This document shows positions 29,167 through 39,124 of a stretch of 56,290 nt of DNA, piece by piece; within the stretch, counting starts at the first letter, position 1, and each line of letters opens with the position of its first letter. Under the pieces are notes generated by a model. It was not told the DNA's origin. It saw only the letters and a program-made list of their open reading frames with translations, and made no database searches. The stretch comes from Puniceicoccaceae bacterium (GTDB lineage: Bacteria; Verrucomicrobiota; Verrucomicrobiia; Opitutales; Oceanipulchritudinaceae): contig JBFOMH010000014.1 of NCBI GenBank assembly GCA_040830765.1, positions 1-56,290 of the forward strand, given 5' to 3'. The position numbers were made by a program, and so were the translations under genes.

Positions 29167-30041
29167 ACATCTTCCGGATTGGTGTAGACGCCCTGCTTGA
29201 TCTTCCGGATCTGCATCAGGATATCATTGGCCAGGCTGCTGGCCCCGAAGCGGAACAATTTCGGCGTCAGCCAATCCGGACCCAGTGTTTCGCGCAGCAT
29301 GACCAGATATTGGAAAGCCTGCTTGGCTGTGCGGATGCCACCGGCCGGCTTCATGCCGATCTTTTGTCCTGTCCGCCAATAATAGTCGCGGATCGCCTCC
29401 AACATGACCAGCGTCACCTCCATATTGGCGGCCTGTGGAATCTTCCCCGTACTGGTCTTGATAAAATCCGCCCCGGCCTCCATCGCCAGATCGCTGGCAT
29501 GACGGACCCTATCCAGTGTTCCCAGCTCCCCGGTCTCCAGGATCACTTTCAAGTGGGCAGCACCACAGGCATTCTTGAAGGCAGTAATCTCTTCCGTCAC
29601 TTCGGAAAAGCGACCTGACAGGTAAGCACCCCGGTTGATGACCATATCAATCTCCGTGGCTCCCGCTTCAACACAAGCCGCCACTTCATCGAGGCGTATG
29701 TTCAATGGGGATTGTCCACTTGGAAAAGCCGTCGCCACGCTGGCCAACTCAACGCCCGTGCCCGCCAAAACCTCGTTGGCCGCGGGAATCATCGAGGGAT
29801 AGACACAAATGGCAGCCACATGTGGCAGGGAGCGGTCCGATGGATCCGGATTCAGACCCTTGCGGCAAAGCTGACGGACCTTGCCCGGCGTGTCGGAGCC
29901 CTCAAGTGTCGTCAGGTCGACCATGGAAAGGGCCAGCTCCATTGCCCCGAGCTTGGAGGCCTTCTTGATGCTTCGCGTCTGGAAGCGTTTGGCCCGCTCG
30001 GCCACGCCCACCGCGTCTATGGCTACCCGTGAATTCGACAT
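29154..30041 (-). CDS. deoC: deoxyribose-phosphate aldolase
   Basis: DLTTLEG.DT, CVYP, VAT.FP.G, GATEIDMVI, LKVILETGEL, GADFIKTSTGK, KPAGGI, RFGASSL. Confidence 0.96.
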   Translation of the reverse strand: MSNSRVAIDAVGVAERAKRFQTRSIKKASKLGAMELALSMVDLTTLEGSDTPGKVRQLCRKGLNPDPSDRSLPHVAAICVYPSMIPAANEVLAGTGVELASVATAFPSGQSPLNIRLDEVAACVEAGATEIDMVINRGAYLSGRFSEVTEEITAFKNACGAAHLKVILETGELGTLDRVRHASDLAMEAGADFIKTSTGKIPQAANMEVTLVMLEAIRDYYWRTGQKIGMKPAGGIRTAKQAFQYLVMLRETLGPDWLTPKLFRFGASSLANDILMQIRKIKQGVYTNPEDVTKD

Positions 30042-30084
30042 CGTTTGTTAGGATTAGGACAAAATCGCTACGCAGCAACCCCGA

Positions 30085-31140
30085 TTATCCCTTCTCTTCT
30101 TCAATGATATCCTTGTATTTCCGGTAGAGCCCGCGGAACTGGTGATATGACAATCCCAGTTGCTTGGCCGCTTCACCCTGGTGGAACTTCGACGACTCCA
30201 GCGCCAGACGGAGTGCCTCGACCTCCAACTCCCGGATCATTTCTTCGAGCGGTTGGGCACCAGGGGTATAGGACGGGCGCTTCGCGGAGGTATCCCTGGA
30301 GGTAGTTGGAGCTGCGGCATCCGGATCAGGAAGTTCGCCATATGGGGACTCGAAAGGATCAAAATTCACCTCCGTGACCTCGCCCCCTCCACTGGCGTAG
30401 ACCGCCCGCTCGACAACATTCTTGAGCTCCCGGATATTGCCCGGCCATGGATACTCCAGAAGCGCATCAAGCGATCCGTTGGAAAATTCCGGCACGTCCC
30501 TCCAACCAAGCTCATGCGCCATGCGCGCGGCAAAGTGCCGCGCCAGCAACTCAATGTCCTCCTTGCGCTGCCTCAAGGGAGGCAGAAAAAGCACTTCGAA
30601 ACTTAACCGGTCCAGCAAATCCCGCTTGAATTTCCCCTCGTCAGCCAGTTTCGGGAGGTCGGCATTGGTAGCCCCGATGATGCGGACGTCCACCCGCACC
30701 GGCTTGCTGCCTCCAACACGCTCGAATTGGCTGTACTCCACAACGCGGAGGATTTTCTCCTGGATGGTCACCGGGATGAGCCCGATCTCATCGAGGAAAA
30801 GGGTCCCGTTGTCAGCAGCCTCGAATCGCCCTACCCGACGTTTCGCCGCGCCGGTGAACGCTCCGGCCTCATGACCGAATAGCTCCGATTCCAATACGGA
30901 GGGAGAAAGTGCGGCGCAATTCAGGGCAACCAGCGGACCCTGCCAGCGGCGAGACAGGTAGTGCAGCCGGGAGACAGCCAATTCCTTACCCGTTCCCCGT
31001 TCCCCCACAATCAGGACTGGCCGGTCGACCTGGGCCACCCGGGAAATCCGCTCCTGGAAGTGCATGAACGCTTCAGATTCTCCCAATGCCTCGGTTTTGC
31101 CGACACTTCCTTCGAAGAGGCCCTCTGTTTCACTGCGCAT
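30085..31140 (-). CDS. pspF: sigma54-dependent activator PspF
   Basis: GERGTGKE, LHYLSRRWQGP (PspA-binding Trp loop), GAFTGA, FLDEI, WPGNIREL, C-terminal HTH LGLSYHQFRGL; no N-terminal sensor domain; divergent from pspA. Confidence 0.95.
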   Translation of the reverse strand: MRSETEGLFEGSVGKTEALGESEAFMHFQERISRVAQVDRPVLIVGERGTGKELAVSRLHYLSRRWQGPLVALNCAALSPSVLESELFGHEAGAFTGAAKRRVGRFEAADNGTLFLDEIGLIPVTIQEKILRVVEYSQFERVGGSKPVRVDVRIIGATNADLPKLADEGKFKRDLLDRLSFEVLFLPPLRQRKEDIELLARHFAARMAHELGWRDVPEFSNGSLDALLEYPWPGNIRELKNVVERAVYASGGGEVTEVNFDPFESPYGELPDPDAAAPTTSRDTSAKRPSYTPGAQPLEEMIRELEVEALRLALESSKFHQGEAAKQLGLSYHQFRGLYRKYKDIIEEEKG

Positions 31141-31143
31141 AAG

Positions 31144-31180
31144 GTGGCTTATCTCACCAAAACTTGGTTCAGTCCACCAA
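31144..31180. promoter_or_regulatory. two tandem PspF upstream activator sites
   Basis: GTGGC-N7-ACCAA (31144-31160) and TTGGT-N7-ACCAA (31164-31180); 17-bp dyads 20 bp apart, resembling the enterobacterial psp UAS. Confidence 0.7.
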
Positions 31181-31267
31181 AATCGGAGGCTGCAGAATTA
31201 ATTTTCCCCGAATATATATATCTTAAATACCTAATCAACAACACCTTATACTTATAATCCAAAAAAT

Positions 31268-31282
31268 TGGCACGCAATCTGT
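31268..31282 (+). promoter_or_regulatory. sigma54 (-24/-12) promoter of pspA
   Basis: TGGCACGCAATCTGT: GG at -24 and a GT variant at -12, 53 nt upstream of pspA in an AT-rich spacer. Confidence 0.85.
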
Positions 31283-31335
31283 TAATAGGAAAGCACAAAA
31301 CTTTAACGCAACATCAACCTTAACAAAGTAATACA

Positions 31336-32013
31336 ATGGGAATCTTCTCACGCTTCAGAGACATCGTTAACTCAAACCTCAACGCCATGCTGGAAAAGGC
31401 CGAGGATCCGGAAAAGCTGATCAAGCTCATGATCCAGGAAATGGAGGACACCTTGGTCGAACTCAAGGCCTCCTGCGCCGGCGCCATGGCCAGCCGCACC
31501 CGGGTCACCCGGGCCCGCGACACCGCAGCCGAGAGCGTTGCCAAATGGGACAAGAAAGCCCGCCTGGCCGTTGAAAAGGGACGCGAAGACCTCGCCCGCG
31601 AGGCCCTTCTCGAAAAACGCGCCTCCCAGGAGGAAGCCGACGCCCGCGAGACGGAAATCACGCACTTCGACGAGCTGGTGAGCCAGTACCAAAAGGACAT
31701 CATCCAGCTGGAAGAAAAGCTGGAGGCTGCCCGCAACAAGCACCGCATCCTCGTTCAGCGCCATATTCACGCCGGTCACCGCAAGAGTGCCCAGTCCAAC
31801 ATCCGCAAGGCCGACTCTTCCGACGCCTTCTTCCGCTTCGAGCAATTCGAGAACCGGATCGAGCGCATGGAAGCCGATGCCGACCTGGTCAACCTTCGGG
31901 CCTCCAACCTGGAAGACGAATTCTCCAAAATGGAGTCAGACGAGCAAATCGAGCAGGAACTGGAATCCCTCAAGGAATCCCTGAAGGGAGAAAGCAAGGA
32001 CAAGGAAGCCTGA
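31336..32013 (+). CDS. pspA: phage shock protein A
   Basis: MGIFSRFRDIVNSNLNAMLEKAEDPEKLIKLMIQEMEDTLVE, followed by a long coiled coil. Confidence 0.97.
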   Translation: MGIFSRFRDIVNSNLNAMLEKAEDPEKLIKLMIQEMEDTLVELKASCAGAMASRTRVTRARDTAAESVAKWDKKARLAVEKGREDLAREALLEKRASQEEADARETEITHFDELVSQYQKDIIQLEEKLEAARNKHRILVQRHIHAGHRKSAQSNIRKADSSDAFFRFEQFENRIERMEADADLVNLRASNLEDEFSKMESDEQIEQELESLKESLKGESKDKEA

Positions 32014-32070
32014 GGCTTGCACCCCAGCGCCAATCCACTAGCCTACCTGTAATCTTCCAAGGACAAAACC

Positions 32071-32313
32071 ATGCCACCTGAATATCTCGTTCCCATCTTC
32101 ATCGTTTTCATTGTCGTCGGGCTTCCCGTCCTCAGTGCCACACTCATCAAGCTGGCCAAAATCATCAAGGGCGAGCCCACTGACAAAAAGGGAAACAACC
32201 GCTCCAGCCATGAGGAGGCTGAGATTGTCCAGGACATCCACATGATGGTCACACGGCTAGAAAAGCGCATCGACGCGCTGGAGACCATCGTCCTCGATAA
32301 AACGTCACGCTAA
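32071..32313 (+). CDS. pspB: phage shock protein B-like protein
   Basis: N-terminal TM helix, C-terminal RLEKRIDALETIVLD; located between pspA and pspC. Confidence 0.8.
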   Translation: MPPEYLVPIFIVFIVVGLPVLSATLIKLAKIIKGEPTDKKGNNRSSHEEAEIVQDIHMMVTRLEKRIDALETIVLDKTSR

Positions 32314-32333
32314 CCGTTCAACCGTCACCTGTC

Positions 32334-32720
32334 ATGCCAACTTATTCGAACTCATCGCGCACACTTTACCGCTCCCGCAAGGGCATCATCTTCGGCATCT
32401 GCCAAGGCCTCGCTGAATACGCCGACCTGAATGTTTTCTGGGTCCGCTTCGCGGCCGTCATCGCCCTCATCCTGACCGGCTTCTGGCCCATGGTCCTGAT
32501 CTACATCGTCGCGGCCATCTTTCTCAAGCCGGCCCCGGTCGTCCAGTTTACGGACGAGGAGGATTGGAACTTTTACCAGGCCTATGTCTCCGACCGCAAG
32601 ATGGCCCTCTCCCGCCTGAGGCGGCGCTGCGAGGCCCTTGACCGCCGTACCCGGCGCATGGAAAACGTGGTCACCAAGCGGGAATATGACTGGGATCGCC
32701 GTTTCCAATCCGAAACCTGA
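32334..32720 (+). CDS. pspC: phage shock protein C
   Basis: LYRSRKG.IFGICQGLAEY, WVR, TM helix, RRMENVVT..EY. Confidence 0.92.
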   Translation: MPTYSNSSRTLYRSRKGIIFGICQGLAEYADLNVFWVRFAAVIALILTGFWPMVLIYIVAAIFLKPAPVVQFTDEEDWNFYQAYVSDRKMALSRLRRRCEALDRRTRRMENVVTKREYDWDRRFQSET

Positions 32721-32762
32721 GCGTTTTTCACTTTACGGTACCAGTCAGGGTGATTTAACAAT

Positions 32763-32798
32763 AACCGGTATTGCGAACTCTCGCAGTACCGGTTTTTT
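32763..32798 (+). terminator. rho-independent terminator after pspC
   Basis: AACCGGTATTGCGA-actc-TCGCAGTACCGGTT followed by a T run. Confidence 0.75.
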
Positions 32799-32811
32799 AT
32801 ATTCCAGGTCA

Positions 32812-33906
32812 ATGGAACTTCATACACACCCGTTTTTTAAGCAAATGGACAAGGAGAGCGTCGAGGCGCTCACCCGATCCGCACTCATTCAAAACCTGCC
32901 CCGAGGCACGGTAATTTTCGAGGAAGGGGACATTTCCGATTCCATCTACCTCGTCCTTGATGGAACCATTGGATTCAGTAAAAAGGTCAACAACCGTGGC
33001 CACCTGAATATCAGCCAGAGCCACAAGGGAGAATACTTCGGGGAGATTGGTGTCCTCACCAATGACCGCCGCTCCCTGCGGGCGGAAGCCAAGACCCCAT
33101 GTGTCATTGCCTGCATTCCGGGTGCCGCCCTGGTCAGCTATCTCCGCAAGATGCCCGGACCTGTGCAAGGTCTCCTGCAGTCCATCATTGTCCACCTCCA
33201 GGGAACAACGCGGAAGTTCGTCGATGACCGGATTCACCAGGAGAAGATGGCGCTGGTGGGGAACATGACCAATACCATCATCCACGATTTCAAGAATCCC
33301 TTCTGCCTTATCAGCCTGAGTTCGCAACTCCTGAGGCAACGCCATGCCGAGGCGGAATCCCAGAAACTGTGCCAGAACATCGAAAAGCAGGTGGACCGGA
33401 TGGTTTCGATGGTTACCGAACTGGCGGAGTTCTCCCGTGGCGAACACAGCATCAATAAGGTCAAGCTGAGCCTGAAGGAATTCTTCGACGAATTCCGGTC
33501 GCTGAACCATCCCTATTTTGAGAGTTCCGAGGTACAGGTATCGATTGAGGTCCCCGAGGTGACTATTGTCGGGGCCAAGGCAAAACTCTTCCGCGTCTTC
33601 CAGAACCTCATCGGCAATGCCATCGAGGCATTTGGCGACAAGCCTGGCGCTGTCAAACTGACAGCAACGGTCTCGCATGCCGAAGGAAAGGTACAGATCT
33701 ACATTGAGGACAATGCAGGTGGTATTCCCGAGGCCATCCGGGACCGTTTGTTTGAGCCCTTTGTCTCTTACGGCAAGCGTGAAGGGACAGGTCTGGGAAC
33801 AGCTATTGCCCGCTCTATCATCGAGGCGCACGGTGGGTCCATCAACTACCGGACGGAAACCGGACGGGGGACCATTTTCACCATCAACCTACCCCTCTCG
33901 CGGTAA
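32812..33906 (+). CDS. soluble sensor histidine kinase with N-terminal cyclic-nucleotide-binding domain
   Basis: IFEEGD, YFGEIGVL...RS..AEA (cNMP domain); IHDFKNP (H box); NLIGNA, EDNAGGI, LFEPF, GTGLG. Start chosen at ATG 32812. Confidence 0.9.
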   Translation: MELHTHPFFKQMDKESVEALTRSALIQNLPRGTVIFEEGDISDSIYLVLDGTIGFSKKVNNRGHLNISQSHKGEYFGEIGVLTNDRRSLRAEAKTPCVIACIPGAALVSYLRKMPGPVQGLLQSIIVHLQGTTRKFVDDRIHQEKMALVGNMTNTIIHDFKNPFCLISLSSQLLRQRHAEAESQKLCQNIEKQVDRMVSMVTELAEFSRGEHSINKVKLSLKEFFDEFRSLNHPYFESSEVQVSIEVPEVTIVGAKAKLFRVFQNLIGNAIEAFGDKPGAVKLTATVSHAEGKVQIYIEDNAGGIPEAIRDRLFEPFVSYGKREGTGLGTAIARSIIEAHGGSINYRTETGRGTIFTINLPLSR

Positions 33907-33910
33907 GCTG

Positions 33911-36900
33911 CTAGTTATCCGGAAGGCTGACTTTCAGCGACATCTGTTCTCCCAACGAAAAGGCCCTGCCAGTGCGGGGGAAAAGGAGTCGGCTCTGAGG
34001 CATGTCATAAGTGCCCGCCCAGTCGATGCGGAAGGAAAGGATGAAATCATGACGTCCCCTTTGCAGTGGCCGCATGCGTATCACCCGCTTAAGCGGATTG
34101 GGCTGATCCAGGTTGGCAAGCTCCGGCTGCTCACTGGTGGGCAGTTCAAGGGACGGGTCGAAGGAATATTGGATCGAGTCCACCGGCAGTGAGGCTCCGG
34201 CGGGGATCATGAACTCCAACTCCGCTATGGTTTGCGGCTCCTCGACGTAAAAGGAAACATGGACCTGAAGGCCGTCACCTGGATACAAGGCCATGTCAGG
34301 GGAAAATTCCGTCAACCGCTGGCGGGCACCTGAGAGGAGGGTTGGCTCGACAAATTCACGATAACGACGGATTGATTGTTCCGGAAAAGCAGGAATTGAC
34401 TCCGCACTGGGCCGTTCACCAATGAGCACCACCGCCACCGGGAATTGTGAGTCACTGGAATCCAGTTGCAAGCGCAGTGCCTCCTTGCCCAGCACCTCCG
34501 GGCCCAATTTCTGAAGATACTTACCGCGGTTCGAGCCATGTGGCCGGAGCGAGATGCTGACGGGAGGCTCATCCTCAACCAAGAGCTCAACAGTTCCATC
34601 AACGTCAAAGTCTCCTTCCCAGAGAAAAGCCGCCAGAAGATTCATGAATCCGCCAAACTGTTCCCAACTGCGGGAGGGTCCCGTCCGGGTAAGGTGTTCA
34701 AATTCCCGGCTCAGGATGGATTGCCGCAGGCGGTCTTCATTGGAGCCTTCGGCGAGGGACAGGTAAACGAGGCTGTTGCCCCAGAAACCACCAGCTGCAA
34801 TTGCTGCCGGTGTGGCGTACCGCTGCTTTATGGTTCCCAGCAGGAGACGGACTTCCTCATTGAACCGAAAGGCCCGGGCGACTTGCAAAAGGCTCGCCAG
34901 TTGGGAGTTGCTTAGCTGATCCCGCTGATGAAGGAACTCAAGGAAGCTCTTGGCCTGGATTCGGGAAGGCCGGATACGCGGATCATGGAAAGCAGGGACG
35001 GCAAGGGACCGGAGCGCAAAGAGACGTGCTTCCCGGGATACCGATTCATCGATGAGCACTGACTCCAAATAGGTGGCAGCGTCTTCCCTGAAGCCCGAGA
35101 ACGCATCATCTGGAAGACCCGAGAAGGTTTCCAGGCTCCACAGGACCAGGGCCGACAACCACGGGTCGGGTGAACCGCCAAGGGTCCATGTCCATCCACC
35201 ACTGGAAGCATAGCGCTCCAGTTGTTCCGCCAGCAGGGAATCTTCCCTGCTGGAGCCCATCTTTAGAATTCCATGGTGCAGGCGGACTTTTTCCAATGCC
35301 CAATCCCCCAAGGAGGCCAATAGTGGCTCCGCAACCGCTTCCCGTTTGCGCAAGAGCGGCCAGATTTCCATCAAGGCGGCACCGAGACCCGAACTGACAA
35401 GCAGGCTGCCGCTAGTCCACTCTGGCAAGGTGACAGTCTGTTCCCAGTTACCTTCGCCAGGCATTACCAGGAAGGCCCGGATTTCCGGATGGACTGGTTG
35501 TCCGGCAACCTGGGTCTGGAATACTGCTTCACTTGAAGAGAAGGACCCTTCCGCACGCGTCAACAGGCGCCCGGTACCTTCTGCGGTGGCAATAATTCCA
35601 ACAGGGAATATGTCCTGCTGGCCGGGTTCCAGTACCTGGATATCCCGGTTGCGGCCAGTGATGGCGACCGCTTGCTCGGCCTCGAGGACAACCTGCAGGG
35701 TTTCCTGCCTGCGAGTCGTGTTCTCCATCGACAATGGCACGATGGCCTCATCTCCCAAACGGAGAAGTCCAGGGCCCTCGACAGCCGTTCGTATTGGCAG
35801 TTCGGTCGAGAAATTCCATGCCTGCCAATCGATGGTTCCATCGTCGTCCGGGTGGAACAGGAGCAACTGCCAGCGCCCGGCGGTGGAAGGGAGCTGAACC
35901 TCCATTCCAAGGTCAGCAGGATAATTGACCATTGAAAGGGCGTGCAGTTCAGAGGTTTCCGGAAGGGCGTCACGGAATCTGACCAGCTCCGGATAAAGCG
36001 TGTACAGCGAGAGGGCTTCCAGGTTGGCGGCAATTGCCGAGGACTCCTCCAATATCTGGGATTGCAGGCCATCATCGAGTGGATTGTACAAGGGCAGGGA
36101 TTCACCGAGCAGAAGGACGGAATGCCCGCTTTGAAAAAAGGCTGCCTGTTGAGTTGCCTCCTGGACTTTCAACCAACCGGACAAAACCTCATCCGACCGG
36201 TCGGGAAAAAGTGCCCACAGGACGGGTCCTGCCGTCTGACCAGTTGCAGGGCGAATTGTCCAATCAACGAGGGATCCCGGATTCAGCCCTGACGTTCTCT
36301 CCGCCTCCAGTTCCCAGAGGATGCTGTCACGGGCCGACAAATGGCGGCAGTGCAGGGTTGATTCCATCTCACCGGCAACAACCGCATGGCACATGACCAG
36401 TGGGGTATTTCCAGCATTCAAGGCCCGGTATAGAGCATTGGAATCCGGCTGAATCACTTCGGTCGAGACCGTTCCGTCGGAAAATTCCAGATCCAGAAGC
36501 ACAGCTGTTTCCGGCCGGTCGAGGAGGACCAGAACCTCTTCTGTCCCTTCAGGATGCCGCTCGTGGATAAGCCGGGGTTGTTCACTGCGAAAGGCCCTCA
36601 AGTCACCGGATTCGGGGATGACCCAAATCTCCAGCGGACCTTCAGGGTAGAAGGCCCGGAAGTCCTGTTCACGACCCTCAAATTCAATTTGGTAATACCC
36701 GCCCTTGCCCAATTCCACAGGAATCGATTGATGCAAATCCGGGCCAAGGGGAATCCGGTCGACAGCCTCGCGGACAAATCCCCGCTCCAAGACACGATAG
36801 TCCGTCTTGGCGCTGCCCAGAAGCGAGCGGTCAGGTAAAGCAAGATACTCGCCTTCAGAGATTACCGTGCCCCGTTTACGGTTAATGTAGCGACTCTCGA

Positions 36901-39031
36901 ATGTTTCCCGGTAGACTGCCAATTCACCGGCAAGGGAAAGCACAGAGGAACCCCGTCCAGCCATCAGGCCGAGGTCAATTGTTACCTGCTCCCCTTCGGC
37001 GACAATCTTTTCACTGGCCCGCAGGCTGACCATGGAACGATAGGGGGACAGGGCGAATATAGCCCGGCCATGGATTTCCTCCGTCTCCAAGGCGAGGACT
37101 TCCACAAGAACGGGTAGTGGTTGGCCTTCAGTCGGTAGGTCCGGCAAATCTGCATAGATGGTTTCCCCTTGGGTCGGACCGATCCGGATAATGGTCTCAT
37201 AAAGGGTCTCCCCCGAACTATCCGTGGCCGGCCGATCCTCCAGATGCAGGACCTGCCTCTGCAAGCGGCTCAGGCGCAGTCGTAGAAATTCAGCGCTGTC
37301 ATCCCGACGGCTGTACCTGCGGTGGACCTGGACCCCGATCGGCGTGGATGTATGGAACACCTCTTTACCGGATTCGATGCGATCCCCGGTGAAGGTCAGG
37401 CGAAACGGCCTTAAGTCCTGACCACCGATGTGGGTAAGGAGCAGGGAAGGACCCTCCGGAAGAAGAAGATAAGCAGGACCGGAACCAGTAAACGTATCCG
37501 GGATCTGGATACTTCCATGGAGAAGGTCCCCCTCGAGTTGGGTCTCTTGCACCGGTAACCGCTGTCCATCCGGCAACTGGACGACCATTTCGGACATCTC
37601 CTCTACCACGTTGCGGCCATTTGCACCGGCAAGAATCCAGTTCAGTCGATTCCCCGGCTGAACCTTGACCGAACCGGGAATAAGGATAGGAATGTGCGGC
37701 CTCTCTTCTGCCAAATCGCCACGGGAGATCCAGGCGGGATTAATGCCGTCGCTCACATGGACCTCGGCCCAATCAGGGTTCGCTTCCAGGTTCATCTCAA
37801 CGAGGCCATTGGCATCGCCCTCGCCAGAGGCTACTACCTCGCCCTCCGCATTCATCACATGGAACACGGCTCCAGGAACAGGATTTCCCGTTTCAGCATC
37901 CACCGCCCAGGCCGACAAGCTTCCCGAACTGCGCGGCAATACCGTCAGCTCAAGCGGTGTTACTAAGAGAAGCTCATCCAGAGACAGGCCTCCACCGGTT
38001 AGCCTCAGCCCATACCAGCCGCCGGGCAATGATTCGCCCAGCCTGTAAACAGCCCGTTCCCAGGCAAAGCGATCGCGATTCGAGACATTGAAGGACTTGC
38101 TGAACCAGAGGGTTTCCTCCGACGGCAGGCTGGCTGGAACCATTTGTTTGAGTTCGGCGGTGGCCATTGCCTCCGGGCCCGGATTCCATGGCAAGGCATA
38201 GATTTCCGCAGTGAATTCCGTAATGTTGCGTGTCGCGATAGTTATCCCAATATCGCTTTGTGGGAGGAAACGGTTGCGTAAAACCAACTCCAGACCCGGT
38301 TGTAGCAATCCATCCAGGGCTTCCCGAGCAACCACCTGGACCGCTTCCCGGGCCTGCTCCATGTCAATGACATAGCGATTGTGATACACCGCACGGGCAA
38401 GAAAGGACTGGTCTACCGGCCGCACAGCTTGGGAATCCCCGGAAAGATCGGTATATAGCTGAGCCAGTCGCAAATGGGCCATGTCCTTCGGAGGCTGGTC
38501 CGGGAGCAATCCCACTGATTGTTGCAACAGAACTTCAACCCTTCGCTTGGTCTCGTTTCCCTGAGCATCTGAACGCAGCAGCGACTCGGCCAGATATAGC
38601 AACAGCTGGCCCTCCTCGGAAGGAGCGGCAGAAATCCCCAAGGCCCGCTGGAGGTATTCACGGAAAAGAGCTTCCTCCGCCAAGGCGGAACCGGAATCAC
38701 TCAATCCCGATCCCGCGGCCAAAAGGAGCGCAATGTAGGCATTTCGGGCCGATTCCAAGGCCGGTGAGGCCTCAAGGTTGTCCAGGATTTGCACCAACCG
38801 GTCCCAGACTACGGGATCAACCCATCCGACCGCCTCCCCGGCTTCCAGGAGGAGCTCCACCTCTGCAAGTACGCGTTCCGAGTCACTCAGGTCATCCCTG
38901 GACTCGAGTTCCGCCCAGGCGGTCTGCCAGTCCTGCTCATCACCATCCTGCCCGCTGGTCAGGTTGGCCAAAGGAAGAAAGATAAGAATCAGAATCCAGA
39001 AATGGATGTTCCGGCTTGATGGATAGTGCAT
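33911..39031 (-). CDS. large exported alpha-2-macroglobulin-family-like protein, divergent
   Basis: About 1700 aa with a signal peptide; MG-like LLVTPL..SAWAVD.ETGNPVPGA, LPSTAGRWQL, PGLLRLGD, GGWTW...DPWLSALV, C-terminal G.HDF...GTY.MP; no CxEQ. Start is 39031 or 39085. Confidence 0.65.
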   Translation of the reverse strand: MHYPSSRNIHFWILILIFLPLANLTSGQDGDEQDWQTAWAELESRDDLSDSERVLAEVELLLEAGEAVGWVDPVVWDRLVQILDNLEASPALESARNAYIALLLAAGSGLSDSGSALAEEALFREYLQRALGISAAPSEEGQLLLYLAESLLRSDAQGNETKRRVEVLLQQSVGLLPDQPPKDMAHLRLAQLYTDLSGDSQAVRPVDQSFLARAVYHNRYVIDMEQAREAVQVVAREALDGLLQPGLELVLRNRFLPQSDIGITIATRNITEFTAEIYALPWNPGPEAMATAELKQMVPASLPSEETLWFSKSFNVSNRDRFAWERAVYRLGESLPGGWYGLRLTGGGLSLDELLLVTPLELTVLPRSSGSLSAWAVDAETGNPVPGAVFHVMNAEGEVVASGEGDANGLVEMNLEANPDWAEVHVSDGINPAWISRGDLAEERPHIPILIPGSVKVQPGNRLNWILAGANGRNVVEEMSEMVVQLPDGQRLPVQETQLEGDLLHGSIQIPDTFTGSGPAYLLLPEGPSLLLTHIGGQDLRPFRLTFTGDRIESGKEVFHTSTPIGVQVHRRYSRRDDSAEFLRLRLSRLQRQVLHLEDRPATDSSGETLYETIIRIGPTQGETIYADLPDLPTEGQPLPVLVEVLALETEEIHGRAIFALSPYRSMVSLRASEKIVAEGEQVTIDLGLMAGRGSSVLSLAGELAVYRETFESRYINRKRGTVISEGEYLALPDRSLLGSAKTDYRVLERGFVREAVDRIPLGPDLHQSIPVELGKGGYYQIEFEGREQDFRAFYPEGPLEIWVIPESGDLRAFRSEQPRLIHERHPEGTEEVLVLLDRPETAVLLDLEFSDGTVSTEVIQPDSNALYRALNAGNTPLVMCHAVVAGEMESTLHCRHLSARDSILWELEAERTSGLNPGSLVDWTIRPATGQTAGPVLWALFPDRSDEVLSGWLKVQEATQQAAFFQSGHSVLLLGESLPLYNPLDDGLQSQILEESSAIAANLEALSLYTLYPELVRFRDALPETSELHALSMVNYPADLGMEVQLPSTAGRWQLLLFHPDDDGTIDWQAWNFSTELPIRTAVEGPGLLRLGDEAIVPLSMENTTRRQETLQVVLEAEQAVAITGRNRDIQVLEPGQQDIFPVGIIATAEGTGRLLTRAEGSFSSSEAVFQTQVAGQPVHPEIRAFLVMPGEGNWEQTVTLPEWTSGSLLVSSGLGAALMEIWPLLRKREAVAEPLLASLGDWALEKVRLHHGILKMGSSREDSLLAEQLERYASSGGWTWTLGGSPDPWLSALVLWSLETFSGLPDDAFSGFREDAATYLESVLIDESVSREARLFALRSLAVPAFHDPRIRPSRIQAKSFLEFLHQRDQLSNSQLASLLQVARAFRFNEEVRLLLGTIKQRYATPAAIAAGGFWGNSLVYLSLAEGSNEDRLRQSILSREFEHLTRTGPSRSWEQFGGFMNLLAAFLWEGDFDVDGTVELLVEDEPPVSISLRPHGSNRGKYLQKLGPEVLGKEALRLQLDSSDSQFPVAVVLIGERPSAESIPAFPEQSIRRYREFVEPTLLSGARQRLTEFSPDMALYPGDGLQVHVSFYVEEPQTIAELEFMIPAGASLPVDSIQYSFDPSLELPTSEQPELANLDQPNPLKRVIRMRPLQRGRHDFILSFRIDWAGTYDMPQSRLLFPRTGRAFSLGEQMSLKVSLPDN

Positions 39032-39124
39032 AGACAGAGCCCAATGCTCTACCCCCAAGGAAAGGGCCTTTTCCCGCTGGGACAATGTTTTTCCGAAGGG
39101 GGCTGTTCCCCGGCCCGGACCGGT

